64,000 bases of DNA from the human T2T-CHM13v2.0 reference genome, Homo sapiens. A program made the position numbers and the translations under genes. How positions within the stretch are numbered: the first letter of the stretch is position 1; each line of letters starts with the position of its first letter. Location of the stretch: the NCBI RefSeq assembly GCF_009914755.1, contig NC_060928.1, one strand, 5' to 3'. The notes beneath the pieces were generated by a model. That model made no database searches, had not been told where the DNA came from, and saw nothing but the letters and a program-made list of their open reading frames with translations. Positions 41,031-54,871 of the stretch are shown here, one piece after another.

Positions 41031-44000
41031 GTTGCTAGAGATCTAGACATCCAAATACAAGAAGCACAAAGAACACCTGGGAAATTCATGGCAAAAGAAT
41101 CTTTGCCTAGGCACACTGTCATCAGGTTATCCAAAGTTAAGATGAGGAGAAGAATCTTAAGAGCTGTGAGACAGAAGCACCAGGTAATCTATAAAGGAAA
41201 ACCTATCAGATTAACAGCAGATTTCTCAGCAGAAACCCTAAAAGCTAGAAGGGATTGGGGCACTATCTTCAGCCTCCTTAAACAAAACAATTACCAGCCA
41301 AGAATTTTGTATCCAGCGAAACTAAGCATCATATATGAAGGAAAGATACAGTCTTTTTCAGACAAACAAATGCTGAGAGAATTCATCATTACCAAGCTGC
41401 CACTACAAGCTAAAAAGAGCTCTAAATCTTGAAACAAATCCTGGAAACACATCAAAATAAAACCTCTTTAAAGCATAAATCACACAAGACCTCTAAAACA
41501 AAAATACAGGTTAAAAAGCGAAAACCAAAACCAAAAAAAAAACAAAAACAAAATACACAGGCAACAAAGAGCACAATGAATGCAACAGTACCTCACATCT
41601 CAATATTAACATTGACTGTAAATGGCTTAAATGCTGCACTTAAAAGGTATAGAACCACAGAATGGATAAGAACTCACAAACCAACTATTTGCTGCCTTCA
41701 GGAGACTTACCTAGAACATATGGACTCACATAAACTTAAAGGGGTGGAAAAAGGCATTTCATGCAAATGGACACCAAAAGCAAGCAGGAGTAGCTATTCT
41801 GATATCAGACAAAACATACTTTAAAGCAACAGCAGTTAAAAGAGATGAAGAGGGACATTATATAATGATAAAAGGCCTTGTCCAACAGGAATATATCACA
41901 ATTCTAAACATATATGCACCTAACACTGGAGCTCCCAAAATTATAAAACAATTACTAATAGACCTAAGAAATGAGATAGACAGCAACACAATAATAGCAG
42001 GGGACTTCAATACTCCACTGACAGCACTAGACAAGTCATCAAGACAGAAATTTAACAAAGAAGCAATGGATTTAAACCATACCTTGGTATAAATGGACTT
42101 AACAGATATATACAGAACGTTTCATCCAACAACCACAGAATACACATTCTATCCAACAGCGCATGGAACTTTCTCCAAGATAGACCATAAGATAGGCCAT
42201 AAAACAAGCCTCAATTAATTTAAGAAAATTGAAATTATATCAAGCACTCTCTCAGACCACAGTGGAATAAAACTGGAAATCAACTCCAAAAGGAGTCTTC
42301 AAAACCATGCAAATACATGGAAGTTAAATAATCTGCTCCCAAATAAGCATTGGGTCAAAAACGAAATGAAGATGGAAATTAAAAAATTCTTCGAACTTAA
42401 TGACAATAATGACACAACCTATCAAGACCTCTGGGATACAGCAAAGGCAGTGCTAAGAGGAAAGTTCATAGCCCTAAACACCTACATCAAAAAGACTGAA
42501 AGAGCACGAACTGACACTATAAGGTCACAACTCAAGGAACTAGAGAAACAAGAACAAACCAAACCCACACCCAAGAGAAGAAAGGAAATAACCAAGATCA
42601 GAGCAGAACTAAATGAAATTGAAATAAAAAAATACAAAACATAAAGGAAACAAAGAGCTGGTTCTTTTAAAAGATAAGATTGGTAGACCATTGGCAAGAT
42701 TAACCAAGGAGAGAGAAAATCCATATAATCTCACTAAGAAATGAAGCAGGAGATATTACAACTGACACCACTGAAATACAAAAGATCATTCAAGGCTACT
42801 ATGAACACCTTTACACACATAAACTAGAAAACCTAGAAGACATGAATAAATTCCTGGAAAAATACAACCCTCCTAGCTTAAATCAGGAAGAATTAGATAC
42901 CCTAAACAGACCAATAACAAGCAGTGAGATTGAAATGGTAATTACAAAATTAGCAAGAAACATTCAAAGAAGAATTGGTACCAATACTTCTGACACTATT
43001 TCACAAGACAGAGAAAGAAGGAACCCTCCCTAATTCATTCTATGAAGCCAGCATAACCCTAATACCAAAACCAGGAAAGGACATAACCAAAAAAGAAAAC
43101 TACAGACTGATATCCTTGACGAATATAGATACTAAAATCCTTAACAAAATATTTGCTAACTGAATCCAACAACATATCAAAAAGATAATCCACCATGATC
43201 AAGTGGGTTTCATACCAAGGATGCAGGGATGGTTTAACATACACAAGTCAATAAATGTGATACACCACACAAACAGAATTAAAAACAAAAATCACATGAT
43301 CATTTCAATAGATGCAGAAAAAGCATTCAACAAAATCCAGCATCGCTTTATGATTAAAACTCTCAGCAAAATTGGCATACAAGGGACATACCTTAATGTA
43401 GTAAAAGCCATCTATGACAAACCCATAGCCAACATAACACTGAATGAGGAAAAGTTGAAAACATTCCCTCTGAGAACAGGAACAAGAAAAGGATGCCCAC
43501 TCTCACCACTCCTCTTCCACATAGTACTGGAAGTCCTAGCCAGAACAATCAGACAAGAGAAGGAAATAAAGGGCATTCAAATCAGTAAAGAGGAAGTCAA
43601 ACTGTCACTGTTTGCTGACAATATGATTGTTTACCTTTAATACCCTACGGACTCCCCCAGAAAGCTCTTTGAACTGATAAAAAGAATTCAGCAAAGTTTC
43701 TGGATACAAGATTAATGTACACAAATCAGTAGCTCTTCTATACACCAACAATAACCAAGAAGAGATTCAAATTGAGAACTCACCCCCTTTTACAACAGCT
43801 GCAAAAAATTTAAAATACTTAGCAATATACCTAACCAAGGAGTTGAAAGACCTCTATGAGGAAAACTACAAAACACTGCTGAAAGAAATCATAGATGATA
43901 CAAACAAACGGAAACACATCCCATGCTCATGGACGGGTAGAATCAATATTGTGAAAATGACCATAATGCCAAAAGCAATCTACAAATTCAATGCAATCCC

Positions 44001-44846
44001 CATGAAAAGACCACCATCATTCTTCATAAAATTAGAAAAAAAATTCTAAAATTCACATGGTACCAAAAAAGAGCCCACATAGCCAAACCAAGAGTAAGCA
44101 AAAAGTACAAATCTAGAGGCATCACACTACCTGATTTCAAACTATACTGTAAGGCCATAGTCACTAAAACAGCATGGTACTGGTACAGAAATAGGCATAT
44201 AGACCAATGGAACAGAATAGAGAACCCAGAAATGAACCCAAATACTTCGAGCCAACTGATCTTTGACAAAGCAAACAAAAACATAAAGTGGGGAAAGGAC
44301 ACCCTTTTCAACAAATGGTGCTGGGATCATTGGCTAGCTACATATATATACATATATATGTGTATATATATATATATATGATGGAATACTATATATATAT
44401 GATGGAATACTATATATATATATGATGGAATACTATATATATATATGATGGAATACTATATATATATGATGGAATACTATATATATATATATGATGGAAT
44501 ACTACACAGCCATAAAAAGGAATGAATTAACAGCATCTACAGTGACCTGGATGAGACTGGAGACTATTATTCTATTATTCTAAGTGAAGTAACTCAGGAA
44601 TGGAAAATCAAACATTGTTTATATGTTCTCACTGCTATGTGGGAGCTAAGCTATGAGGATGCAAAGGCATAAGAATGATACAATGGACTTTGGGGACTTT
44701 GGGGGAAGAGTGGGAGTTGGGGCAAGGGATAGAAGACTACAAATATGGTGCAGTGTTAGGTGCATCAAAATCTCATAAGTCACCACTAAAGAACTTACTC
44801 ATGTAACCAAATACCACCTGAACCCCAATAATAACTAATGGAAAAA
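41031..44846 (+). mobile_element. L1PB1-like sense segment (ORF1 C-half, ORF2, 3' UTR) with an internal deletion
   Basis: ARDLDIQIQEAQRTPG (ORF1p); endonuclease and RT peptides; right TSD aatacaaactaacc at 44847-44860. Confidence 0.92.
44341..44503. repeat. VNTR: six GATGGAATAC units separated by (TA)n
   Basis: Units at 44380, 44401, 44424, 44447, 44468 and 44493. Confidence 0.95.
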
Positions 44847-47800
44847 AATACAAACTAACCATCTTCTACATCATTCAATCACAAATATAATCTTAGGTGA
44901 TAGGCAGCTACGTAGGTCTTTTTATCTTTTTTTACAGTTTAGGAAGTAACCCTGAATTCCACAAATTAGAGTGGGTCAATTAAAGAACACAAGGGCATAA
45001 AGATTATGAAGAAGATTCTCTTGTGTCACAAATTATGCATGAAAACAATTCTTTCTCTCTTACTCTTTAGTAATTGGTAATTTTTCTAGAACAAATATAT
45101 TCAAGTAAGCTTCCAATGCACACTTTGTACACTGCATGCATAATCAATGTTGAAATCAGAGCTAAGTGTGGGTGAATAATATTTTTTGAGTTAGGGGGTC
45201 AAAGCTGCCTTGTATTCCACTGGGTTAGATTTGGAGGTTGCAGGAGATTTTAGTTGAGTAGTTTCCCTAAACAGAGTAGTTTTTTTTTTTTTTTTTTGTA
45301 GACTTGTCTCTTTGCTCCCTTTTACTTACTCTTTTTTAGTATGGTGTAGTATACATAATTTAAATAACCAGGGAATGTCTCTGGGCTCAAAACCACCTGC
45401 TGGCTTATATTAGCTAATTAATGATGATTTATCTGAGTTACTAATTTGAGTGGAGCTGAATGCCCTTAGGAATTTGAGAAACGTTGTAAGAATTCTGATT
45501 AAAATTATGCCTTTGTGACGGACATTCTTCTTAAAAGGCGTTTATAAAAATGTTGCCTGTTAGCAGATTTAAAAAAACAAAAACAAAAACAAAAACCTGC
45601 CAAATAAATGACCTTGTGTTTTTTTTCTGGGCTCAAATCATGTCTTATGGCAGTCTGCTTGCTCTTGTTATTCAATTTTATCTCTGCTAGGCTTCCTTTC
45701 ATTTCGTCTCTTATTAAGGTTTATTTGCCTAGTTTTATAGGGCTTTGACTGCTTGAAAAATAGAACTGATCTTGAATCCACAGAGCTCCATCATTTTCAC
45801 AAAAACTAATACAGTAGATTCATTTCAGCCAAACTTGTGTGTCAGGCTGGCCTGATTCCCAGGGCCTGAATATGTGAATTTAATGGTGGTACAACGTCTG
45901 AGGTTGGAATATAATAGAAAGCTCTCAGCAGTATATCTATTGGATCAGTGTAATTTCTTTTTTTTTTTTTTTTTCCTGTGAGTCTCAATGTCTCTTAAGG
46001 CAATGTAGTCTGTGTAAAAGCTGGCTGGCTATCTCTTACTGAGATCCCACTGCTGTTACAGTCAACAAAGAATCATCTCCTTGGATAACGTATATAGTAG
46101 GCAACAGTTAAATACACAATTAGGGTTCACTGAAACAGTAATTCTATTAACTGGTATGTTCTATTTCTATTTCAAGAAAAGGTGCCATAATTAACACAGG
46201 ATCACTGCTTTGAAACATCTGGATTTAGAAATTGTTTATCTAGCCTAGTCATCTGCCCTTTTTCTCCTCCTTCTAAAAACATGATTCAAGTAATCATAAA
46301 ATGCATTTTGATTTCTCAGTGACCTCAGACTCATAGTTTGCCTGGCTTGTCTACTACTAAGGGATATAACCGAAGTATAATTTTCCACTTTTTTGGATTC
46401 CTGGTATATTTTCCAGAACATGGAAAATATTTTTTTATTTATTTCAAAAAAAGTAAACAAAATATATAAGCAATATATGCCCATAATTTACAATGTGACA
46501 ACCCAAACAAAGCTTTGTTATTTCAACTTTGAGCTGCAATTGTTTAGCTAACATTATTTCTGGATTTAGGGCTTATAGTCAATTCCCTAGGGCGGAAGTT
46601 TTCATAGCAGTCAATTCCTTTGCATTTTTAATAGTTCTGCCCACCTGTTTGGTTATTCTAAAGTACTTTGGAATTTTAGATACCCAGAACTTCTCTCACC
46701 TCTCTTTATTTTAATTGTGCAGCTTTCAGTTTCTTAGGCCTTACAAGGCTCTTTAGCCACACTGAATTCAACCAGTTCCCTGTTGCTTGTACTATGCTTC
46801 TGATGTTTCCTTTTTTTTCCTTCCCCAAAATATGACTGCATTAAGTAAATATAAAGTTAAGGAAGAGATAAGCCTTTTCATTAACTTTATGTTCAACAGT
46901 TATATATTCTTGGAGTTTTGAATGAAGAATTTTCCTGATTCCCACAGACTTTCCCATTCTCTCCTATTTCTGACTTTTTTAACTACAAGGAATTTTGTTG
47001 ATGATAATCCAGTTCCATGTCAGCCCACTGCATGGTGGTTATAGATCTCAGGCCTCCCAGCTCTACCAGAATGTAGTGTAGGGTAGGGTAGAATGTAACA
47101 TTCATCCATATTCAAATGACTGGAAGTTTAAGTATTGTGAGACTGGAAAGGGTTTTTTAAGGGTGATGAGCAATTGAATTTAGGTTAGTGCTCTTAAGGC
47201 AACACGATGAGCAGGTGTACTTATCTAATAATGTTCAGATAGATTTAGTTAAATATCACATTTTCAGAAAAAGATATTCTTTCAGTGAATAACAGAGGCA
47301 GGGGAGAGAGCATAGTAGGATGACAGAAGTAAAAGTGATATCAGTTTCTTTATCTTGGTTACCATCTAAAGTGAGTTCTGAAAGTGGAAGTCATATACCG
47401 TGACTTCCAAACTTGCTACACTTACAGACTTCACCAGAAAGCCTCTTCTTTTCAATCTGTATCTTATTCCTTTTTCAGGTATGGTGCATTAATATTTATA
47501 GGCTGACTCCACACAAGTTCTAAACTTTGGTCTAGAAAAAAATAACACACAAAATAACAGGTTTGATGGCTTAAGGCAGAGGGGGGGACAATGACTGCAC
47601 CTACCTCACTCAATTCTCACATTTAAATCCTCCTGCTATGGCAATGCAACATAGTAATGTTTCAAGTGCACAACATGGAGGATATACCCCAAAAGCATCT
47701 CTTAAACCACTTTTTGAAAGTTTAACATATGGATTTGAAATTCTTGGTGATTTCTAACATTCAGAACAAGTTTTGCATTCAGTATTCAATCACCCTGTGA

Positions 47801-49031
47801 TCCGTTCCATTTCAAGAGTGGTATAGGGGAGAAAATAGATTCCAATTCATAGCTACTGTATTGTGCAAGATTCTTATTAAAAACAGCATATTCCTGTAGC
47901 CCAGAGGGCTGACAGCTTTTTCCAAAGCAAAACCGCTGCTCTAAGCTAACCTCAAGGGGCTACTCGAGAGAGATGCAGCCGTAACCCCTCTCATTGTGGC
48001 GGTGGGGAGGAGGAGAGAGGAGGGCAGATAGTATCATATCCTACCACAACTCCAAACCTTTATCACCTCAATAAGTAATGTTTCTTAAGGCATTACTGAC
48101 ATTCAGTTCCCTGGTTAATTGGTTTATAAGTACTTCAATAAAAATAATTATTTTAAAAAGAAAAAAAACCTTAAAATAGAATCAGTTTAGGAGCGTACCC
48201 ATACATAGGCTCAGTTATGTAAGAATTTTTCCTATTTTAAAAAAATCATGTTCGAACATAGGTATCATTTGCTTCTATTTCATCGCTTGTACTTGACGTT
48301 TTACCTGCAGATGATCAAACTATAATAAAGGGATCACTGCCAGACTTAGGCTTTAACAATGTTGAGTAAAGCAATGCTTGGAGACGTGGTGCTGAGGAAC
48401 AGAAATGTACTGAATAAATTCAGTTCAAACAGGATGATCATGTCCTGAGGTACCACTAACGTTGGTGTTTTTTCTTATTGCCTACTGATAGTGACAGCAA
48501 CTGCGAAGAGAGTTTGTCTCTTTCTTTTTCTTTTCCATGATGATCATCAGTTTGCTGATTTCATGATCTCACGTTTCATGTACAGCCTTGTTAACTTTAA
48601 GTTTAGCCATAAGCATTATTGGTGTATTTTTCTATGCATTACCAAAAAAGTCTTCATTAATGTTATGTCAGACCTCAATGTATTAACTTACCATTTTATA
48701 GATTTTAAAAATGCAATTAAAAGTTTGGAAGAATTTTAGGGCTTATTTTAAAATTGTTGGTCTTTTATAACTTAAAGGCATGTACATGCAGATATGTTAA
48801 AAATGTAATTCTCTGCTATTTAAAAAATTTAGAACATTAAATCCTCAATATAAAAAAGAGAGGTGTGTTATTAAGACAAAGTCACATGAAAGAGATAACA
48901 ATTTTCATGGAAAGTAATTCTTTATAAAGTGAAATTATTATTTAAATGCTCGGTCATTTCTTTAAAAGAGACCAAAAACCATAAGGTAACATTTAGGCAA
49001 AATGCATTTGACTAACCGGGTTTTAATTTCT

Positions 49032-49112
49032 CGAACTCCTGATCTCAAATAATCCACCTGCCTTGGCCTCCCAAAGTGCTGGGATTACAGGCACGAGCCA
49101 ACGCGCTCAGCC
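49032..49112 (-). mobile_element. Alu 5' fragment (~81 bp), no A-tail, flanked by a 16-bp direct repeat
   Basis: cgaactcctgatctc...gggattacaggcacgagccaacgcgctcagcc; repeats at 49016-49031 and 49113-49128. Confidence 0.88.
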
Positions 49113-50804
49113 CCAGGATTTAATTTCTAATGGGCTAAGTTTGGAACTAAAACCCTAATTTTTATCTTACCTACAAAAATGAGAATATCGTCTGTAATTT
49201 CTTCCTGAAAGCATCTCTGCATACTAAGTACGTGATCCTTCAGTGATAACAAGGTATTTCTTGTTTCTACTTAAGCAATAACACTCCCACTTGATTTGGG
49301 TTGTAATGTGGCCCCAAACGGAGTGAATGGATTAGACAAGCAGCCTTCATAAGACAGACAGACCTGGGCATTTGCCCAATTTTACCATTTTAAATGATGA
49401 TGATACTCTATGACTGATTTTTTTTTAAAGGAACTTGGTCTGGGAGTGCAAATTCAAAGGATATAAATCAACTGTCAATAACATTGACAGAAATGTTTTT
49501 AAAGCTTCAACTCTCTAGAGGGGACTGTTGTTCGGAATATATGGCCTCTGCCATAAACACATATGCAGGTCAGGTAGCTGGATTCTCAAGGAGAGCAAAA
49601 CACTAAAGGTAAGTTAGGGGCTTCAGAAATGAAGTAAATCTGGGAAGCAGAGAGGTCTTGAGTCAAAGTATTATTTACTCGGATTCACAGTGTCTTAGTT
49701 CAACTGTGCTCAGCTAAAGAAAACAATCAGACTAAGCCAATATATTCTAGTGTATGAATGGCCATGACCATTGTATGGGTGTTTGCATTTAAAACTGTTA
49801 ACTTAAAGAAGTACCTAATTATGGAACCCCAAGCAGAGGAGCAACGTGTATGTTAGCAAATAGTTTTGGCACATGAGAGAAGATGCTTCTGATCAGGAGA
49901 TCATTATGTGTAAACATGGTCTTTGTGTTGGCAAGTACCACAGAACAAATTCTTCTTTTCATTTGTTATGATTTTCATAGCTGTTTCTTCTTCTCTACTT
50001 CTACACCAATTGGTACTCTCAAATATAACTTTTATAGTTCTTTCTGACATTCTTAAAGCATTGATGGGTGAAAGCAGCTTTATTGTCTTGCAGGGATAGG
50101 TAGGGTTAAATATTTCTAAATAACTATTTAAATAATGTATTTCTTGCATATGGACAACCTGTCTGATAAAAAAATTAAAAAATGAATTAGTATTTTTTAG
50201 AAGTGGGTTTGTGATAAAGCTATTAGTCTCATTATTGCTAAATTACATTGCAGTGATTTTCAAAACTGGGTTAAATGACATTATGTATAGATGTACTTTA
50301 GTGTTAGGTTTTATAAGATCTTTGGCAAAGTATGAAGCTACAAGATTCAGTAAATTGTTAAATAATTTTTTCTCAATCAACTTACAACCCAAAAAGAAAA
50401 TGCAGCCCCTAGGTAGGTTAGAAGGGCTTGTAACAGGGATTGTGAATTGGGAAGAAGTAGTTAGGTAGTGGGCAATTGATATTATTAGAGATAGACATTT
50501 AGAAGTTGTCCAGTCCTTAAATTAATTGTTTAAGATAAAAAAAAGATAATTGACAAATTCCAATTGGAATTCTTTTAGAATAATTCATGAAATCATCCTG
50601 TAGACAAAACATTTATTCATCATTTAGCTATTGCTTTAGCAACTTGGTATTATAGATTCCACTGGAGCTTCCCTAGGTTTCCTTCGTAACACATGTCACT
50701 TCTAGCATTTGACATGAGAAAAGAATGTTCTTTTATGATCTTAGTGCAAAGATTTCATCCTATTTATGATACTTTAAATCATTCCCCTTGTAGTTAATCA
50801 TATC

Positions 50805-50922
50805 TGATAGCTAGAATCAGAGAGCCCTGGTTTTAGTCCTGGTTCTACCATCTTCTGCCTGGTTCACTGGGGTCAAATTGCTTAACCTCTCCAAGCTTTC
50901 ATTTTCTCAACCGTAAAATGCA
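50805..50922 (+). mobile_element. MIR
   Basis: gaatcagagagccctggttttagtcctggttctacca...cttaacctctccaagctttcattttctcaaccgtaaaatg. Confidence 0.75.
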
Positions 50923-51144
50923 GCCATTTTTTAATGATGTTTTTGACAACTGCTCTGGGTCTCTCACTGTTCTGTTCTAATTGTCAATGCCTTAGATCTT
51001 TCCCTACCTTTCTTCTCCCCCAAATGAAAACTTATTGTTTTGTCCCATTGCTTCAGGGCCTTGTTAATGTGTTAGCTAACTAATAATTCCCCTCCCAGAT
51101 AACAAAATGCCTTAATTTAGTGGAAGCGCACATTTCTTCTAAAT

Positions 51145-51370
51145 GATAATAACTTATATTTGTATAAAGATCTATAGGTTGCTGTTTGGCATATATGTAC
51201 TCTGTTAATTCACGTAACATACCTGAAGTAGGATATTATTGTCTATATTTAGTGGATAAGTAAACTAACACTAACAAGAGCTCAAGTAAGTTTCTCAAGG
51301 ATACATGCATAATTTGCGAGTCAAGCTCTAGGTCAGCTACATCTATGTGCAGTATTTGTTCTACTTCACA
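51145..51370 (-). mobile_element. MIR (diverged)
   Basis: gataataacttatatttgtata...gtaggatattattgtctatatttagtggataagtaaact. Confidence 0.55.
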
Positions 51371-51479
51371 GTTGTAATCAATAAAATGCTCAGCTCATAT
51401 TGTAAAATAGGGGAATTTCAGACCTGAATAATGTCTGCTATTGCAAAAATAAAAATGGAGAGGTCCCCCTTGTCACTCA

Positions 51480-51606
51480 TAACTTTGTGTGTTGAAAACC
51501 ATCTATTTAACATACCTGGGCTTCAGCTTCCTTACCTTTAAAATTCAAGGGTTGGATAAGGTGATCTTCTAGGTCCATTTTCATTTTAATATTCCATGAT
51601 TCTATG
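51480..51606 (+). mobile_element. MIR3-like
   Basis: ctgggcttcagcttccttacctttaaaat...ggttggataaggtgatcttctaggtccatttt...attccatgattctatga. Confidence 0.65.
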
Positions 51607-53681
51607 AACATATATATTATAGCTGCAATTCCTACACCAATTTTCATTTTCTTTCCAGTTTATATCAATAGTTGTGCAGGGAATTTATTTGTCAGGAAGT
51701 AAAATAGCATTTCAAAATGTGTTATGATATGTAATTTTTTTAGAGGAAAGAAGAGAAAGTAAAGAAAATTGAGTATTAAGTTTGAAGATTCAAATAGGAG
51801 AGTGTAGCCATCATTTTCTCTTGACCAAGTAACAATTTCTGTGAGGTTGTCCTGTGTACTGACAAGTGCTTAGTTTTAGGAGGGATGTCCATAGAGCAGT
51901 CGATGAGGAAGGGGACCCTGCTTAGCTATCCCCATCAGCTAAATTAACTCCAACCATCAGTAGGTAACAAATGTGGAAATAAGATCATCAACATACTCAT
52001 GGATTACATTTTGAAAAGTCAGAAGCAAAACAGTATTAAGCTGTGTAGTCAAAACCGAAGTTGCTCAAGTTAAATATAATTCTCTCTTTATTACTATAAA
52101 CTGTCTGAGAAAATCTGGCTCAAATTTATAAGACAGTCTAAAAGCAAAATTAAAGAAAAAGATGACAATTTTGAAGAGATTTTTTCCCCTCCATTAACAC
52201 AACTAGGCTGGCTGAGCTGTGAAACTGTGATGGAAATATTAGAGCTGTTGTGCCTGAAAAAAAATGCAGTGATCATTTCATTCTTCCTGTCTTTTAATGC
52301 TCCAGGGTTTTGGAGACGAATAGGAGCAATAAGTTCACTTTGCAGAATTAATGCAGTAATTCTTTATCATAAGAGCAGAGCATTACCTCAATCTGATTTT
52401 GCTACAAAATGGTTCAAAGTCTATTTTTAATGATGGCCCTAATTTGTTAACACCTTTTAAATTATTAATCCCCTTTATATTCAAGTAGTTATTGCATGTC
52501 ATAACAATGTATCTATGCAGGGAAATTTAATAGTATTTTCTAGATGTCAAGAAAAGGCTTGTTCTGCAAAATGCTATTAAAACTGATAATGAGCTAAATA
52601 TTTGCCATAGCAAACACTGAAATTACTATATCAATCAGCATTGGGCTCTCTTATTCAATAAACAGAAATTAACCTATTAACTATGCCTAACTTTCAGCGA
52701 CAAAATGGTTGCTTTCAAGCATTTCTCCCCACTTCAAATCTTTCTTTCCTTAAAAACTACATATTGCCCTATAATCTCAGAATTTTGAATAAAATTCTTA
52801 GTATCGGTGTTTGTGGTTGAAATTTTGAACACATAAGACATTAAAATGTCAATCTTTTGCTGTAGTGATTGCGAATATTTTTGACTTTCCTTTTAGACAA
52901 ACACTGACTTATCAGCAATAAAAATACTATATCTGATAAAAATCTAATATTCAAGCTTAATATTTTCCTGATTTCTAGAATTTTTTTAAAAAATGGTTTC
53001 TCTCTTACTTTATCAATTATGGGATTTGACTAAGTATAACTACAAAAAATATGCTAGTGAAAGGTAGTATAAGGATCTACCATTGGTTAATTCTAGCTTT
53101 TAGATACTAAAATAGGGATTAAGCATATATTTTTTATGCCTACCCAGAAGAAAGATGTAGATGCAAAAGCACTTTACACACCATTAAAAACAAAAGAAAG
53201 TCAGTCCCCACTTCTGCTGTAAGTTAAGCAATACTGAACAGATGTGTTGTCTGTCTTCACTTGGTGATATATTCTCCATCCAATAATCATTTTAGTTATA
53301 CTTTGGGCCGAGAATCAGTGTTGCACAACAGTGACCCTGAATTGGGTTTAGTTCTGATGCTTTTCTGTTATTTCTTATGCAAGTTTAAGGAACTTGAACA
53401 GCTTCAGTTGCTTTCACTGTTTCTAAATTTCTAAAAAAATGATACTGCACAATAGATGATAACTGTAGTTAAGCACAATAAAAATAATGCTAAGCAATGG
53501 TGCTTTAAACTTCTCAAAGCTTTTTGTGTCTGTTTGTTACAACTCCCCTTAAGTAGGCAGGCTAAACATCATCTTTATTAAATAGATTAAAAGGCAGACC
53601 TAGAGAAGCCGATGATTTGCTCAAGCAAGTGGGGGCACTGGGAAAAGAATCTGGACTTCATGGTTTTCAGGCTTATAATTC

Positions 53682-53978
53682 CAGCGGTTCTCAACACTAG
53701 TTGTTCCTTAGGCTCACTTGGGGAACTTTAGAAAAAAAAAATTTCTGAATGACACTCAATTAATGCCTATTTAAATCCAAATCCCTGGTGTGAGGTCTCT
53801 GCATCAGTAGCTTTAAAAAAACTAACAGTGGAGTCTGAAGTGCAGCCAGAGTAGAGAACTCTGGGCATTTTGTAAAATGCAGAGGATGATCTAGTAGATC
53901 TGAGTGGGTCTGAGCTTCTGCATTTCTCAAAAAAAGCCTTCTGGGTAATGTCCACACTGCCAGGAACCACACTTAGTA
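53682..53978. mobile_element. MER5-family hAT MITE fragments
   Basis: cagcggttctcaac...gctcacttggggaacttta; ctgagcttctgcatttctcaaa...ggaaccacactt. Confidence 0.65.
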
Positions 53979-54259
53979 GTAGGGTCATTTATCCTCCTTC
54001 ACATCAGTTTTCTACTGCCACCTTGATGGGAAAACGTTTTCACTTTTTTTTTTTAACTCTTTCATATTTGAGAAACTGGAGGCAAATATTCCTCGAATTG
54101 GCCTGTAATGTCTTTGACTTAAATAAATTACAAATTGCTTAACAAAAATACACTCAACTGAATTCTGGTCTTTAGGAAGTTCAAAATTAAGCATAATTGC
54201 ATAAGAGATAACATTCTCCCAATTCAGATAACTCAAGAGTCAGTGACCAAGTAGGGCAA

Positions 54260-54606
54260 AGATAGTGTGGTTCAAAGCATGGATTCTGCAATCAAACAAA
54301 CCTGGGTTCAGATTCCAGCTATGTTACTTACCAATGTGTCCCCTAATATCTCTAAGCTTCAGTTTTCTAATGTGTAAAATGGAAGCAATAATATCTGTTT
54401 GGTTTAGTCTTTCTCTCGATATGTCCCAAGCCAACTTGATGTCAGGCAGTATTCAGAGGAAAGCAGGGTAGCCTAGGTCCCTGCTGCCAAGAAGCTTACC
54501 AATAACTAACTTATAATACATTTGTAAGAATAAATGAGAAACTGCATGAAAATTGCTTAGCATAGGGCCTAACATGCAAGGGCTCAATAAATGTTAGTCA
54601 TTATTT
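54260..54606 (+). mobile_element. MIR (interrupted)
   Basis: acctgggttcagattccagct...cttcagttttctaatgtgtaaaatgga...ctcaataaatgttag. Confidence 0.8.
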
Positions 54607-54871
54607 TCTATTAGTTCTAAAGTTTTAGCTGTTATTATGTCCAATTAGCACATACTGTTTTGATATGTTAATACTCAATAAGAACAGAAGCCATTGATTA
54701 AATATACACATCATAATTTTTGATACAGTGTAAGACCTCACAGGCACATTATATGAATATGCCCAGAAGCAGAGAGCTAAGCCTTCATTATTAAGAAACA
54801 TGTGGACTTTAGTTGTCAGTTTTATGGTTAGGTTTTAGTCAAAGACTATATGTTGCTCAGATGTTTCTTTG

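Noticed and set aside
44380-44503. CRISPR-like repeat-spacer appearance
   Set aside because: Repeats are only 10 bp, spacers are plain (TA)n, the unit derives from L1 sequence, the context is eukaryotic and there are no cas genes
47385-47409. Perfect 9-bp hairpin tggaagtca-N7-tgacttcca
   Set aside because: A few stems of this size are expected by chance in 64 kb
48311-48449. Possible exon (ttttacctgcag acceptor ... GAG/gtacca donor)
   Set aside because: Weak donor, no convincing reading frame and no partner exons; cannot be supported without transcript data
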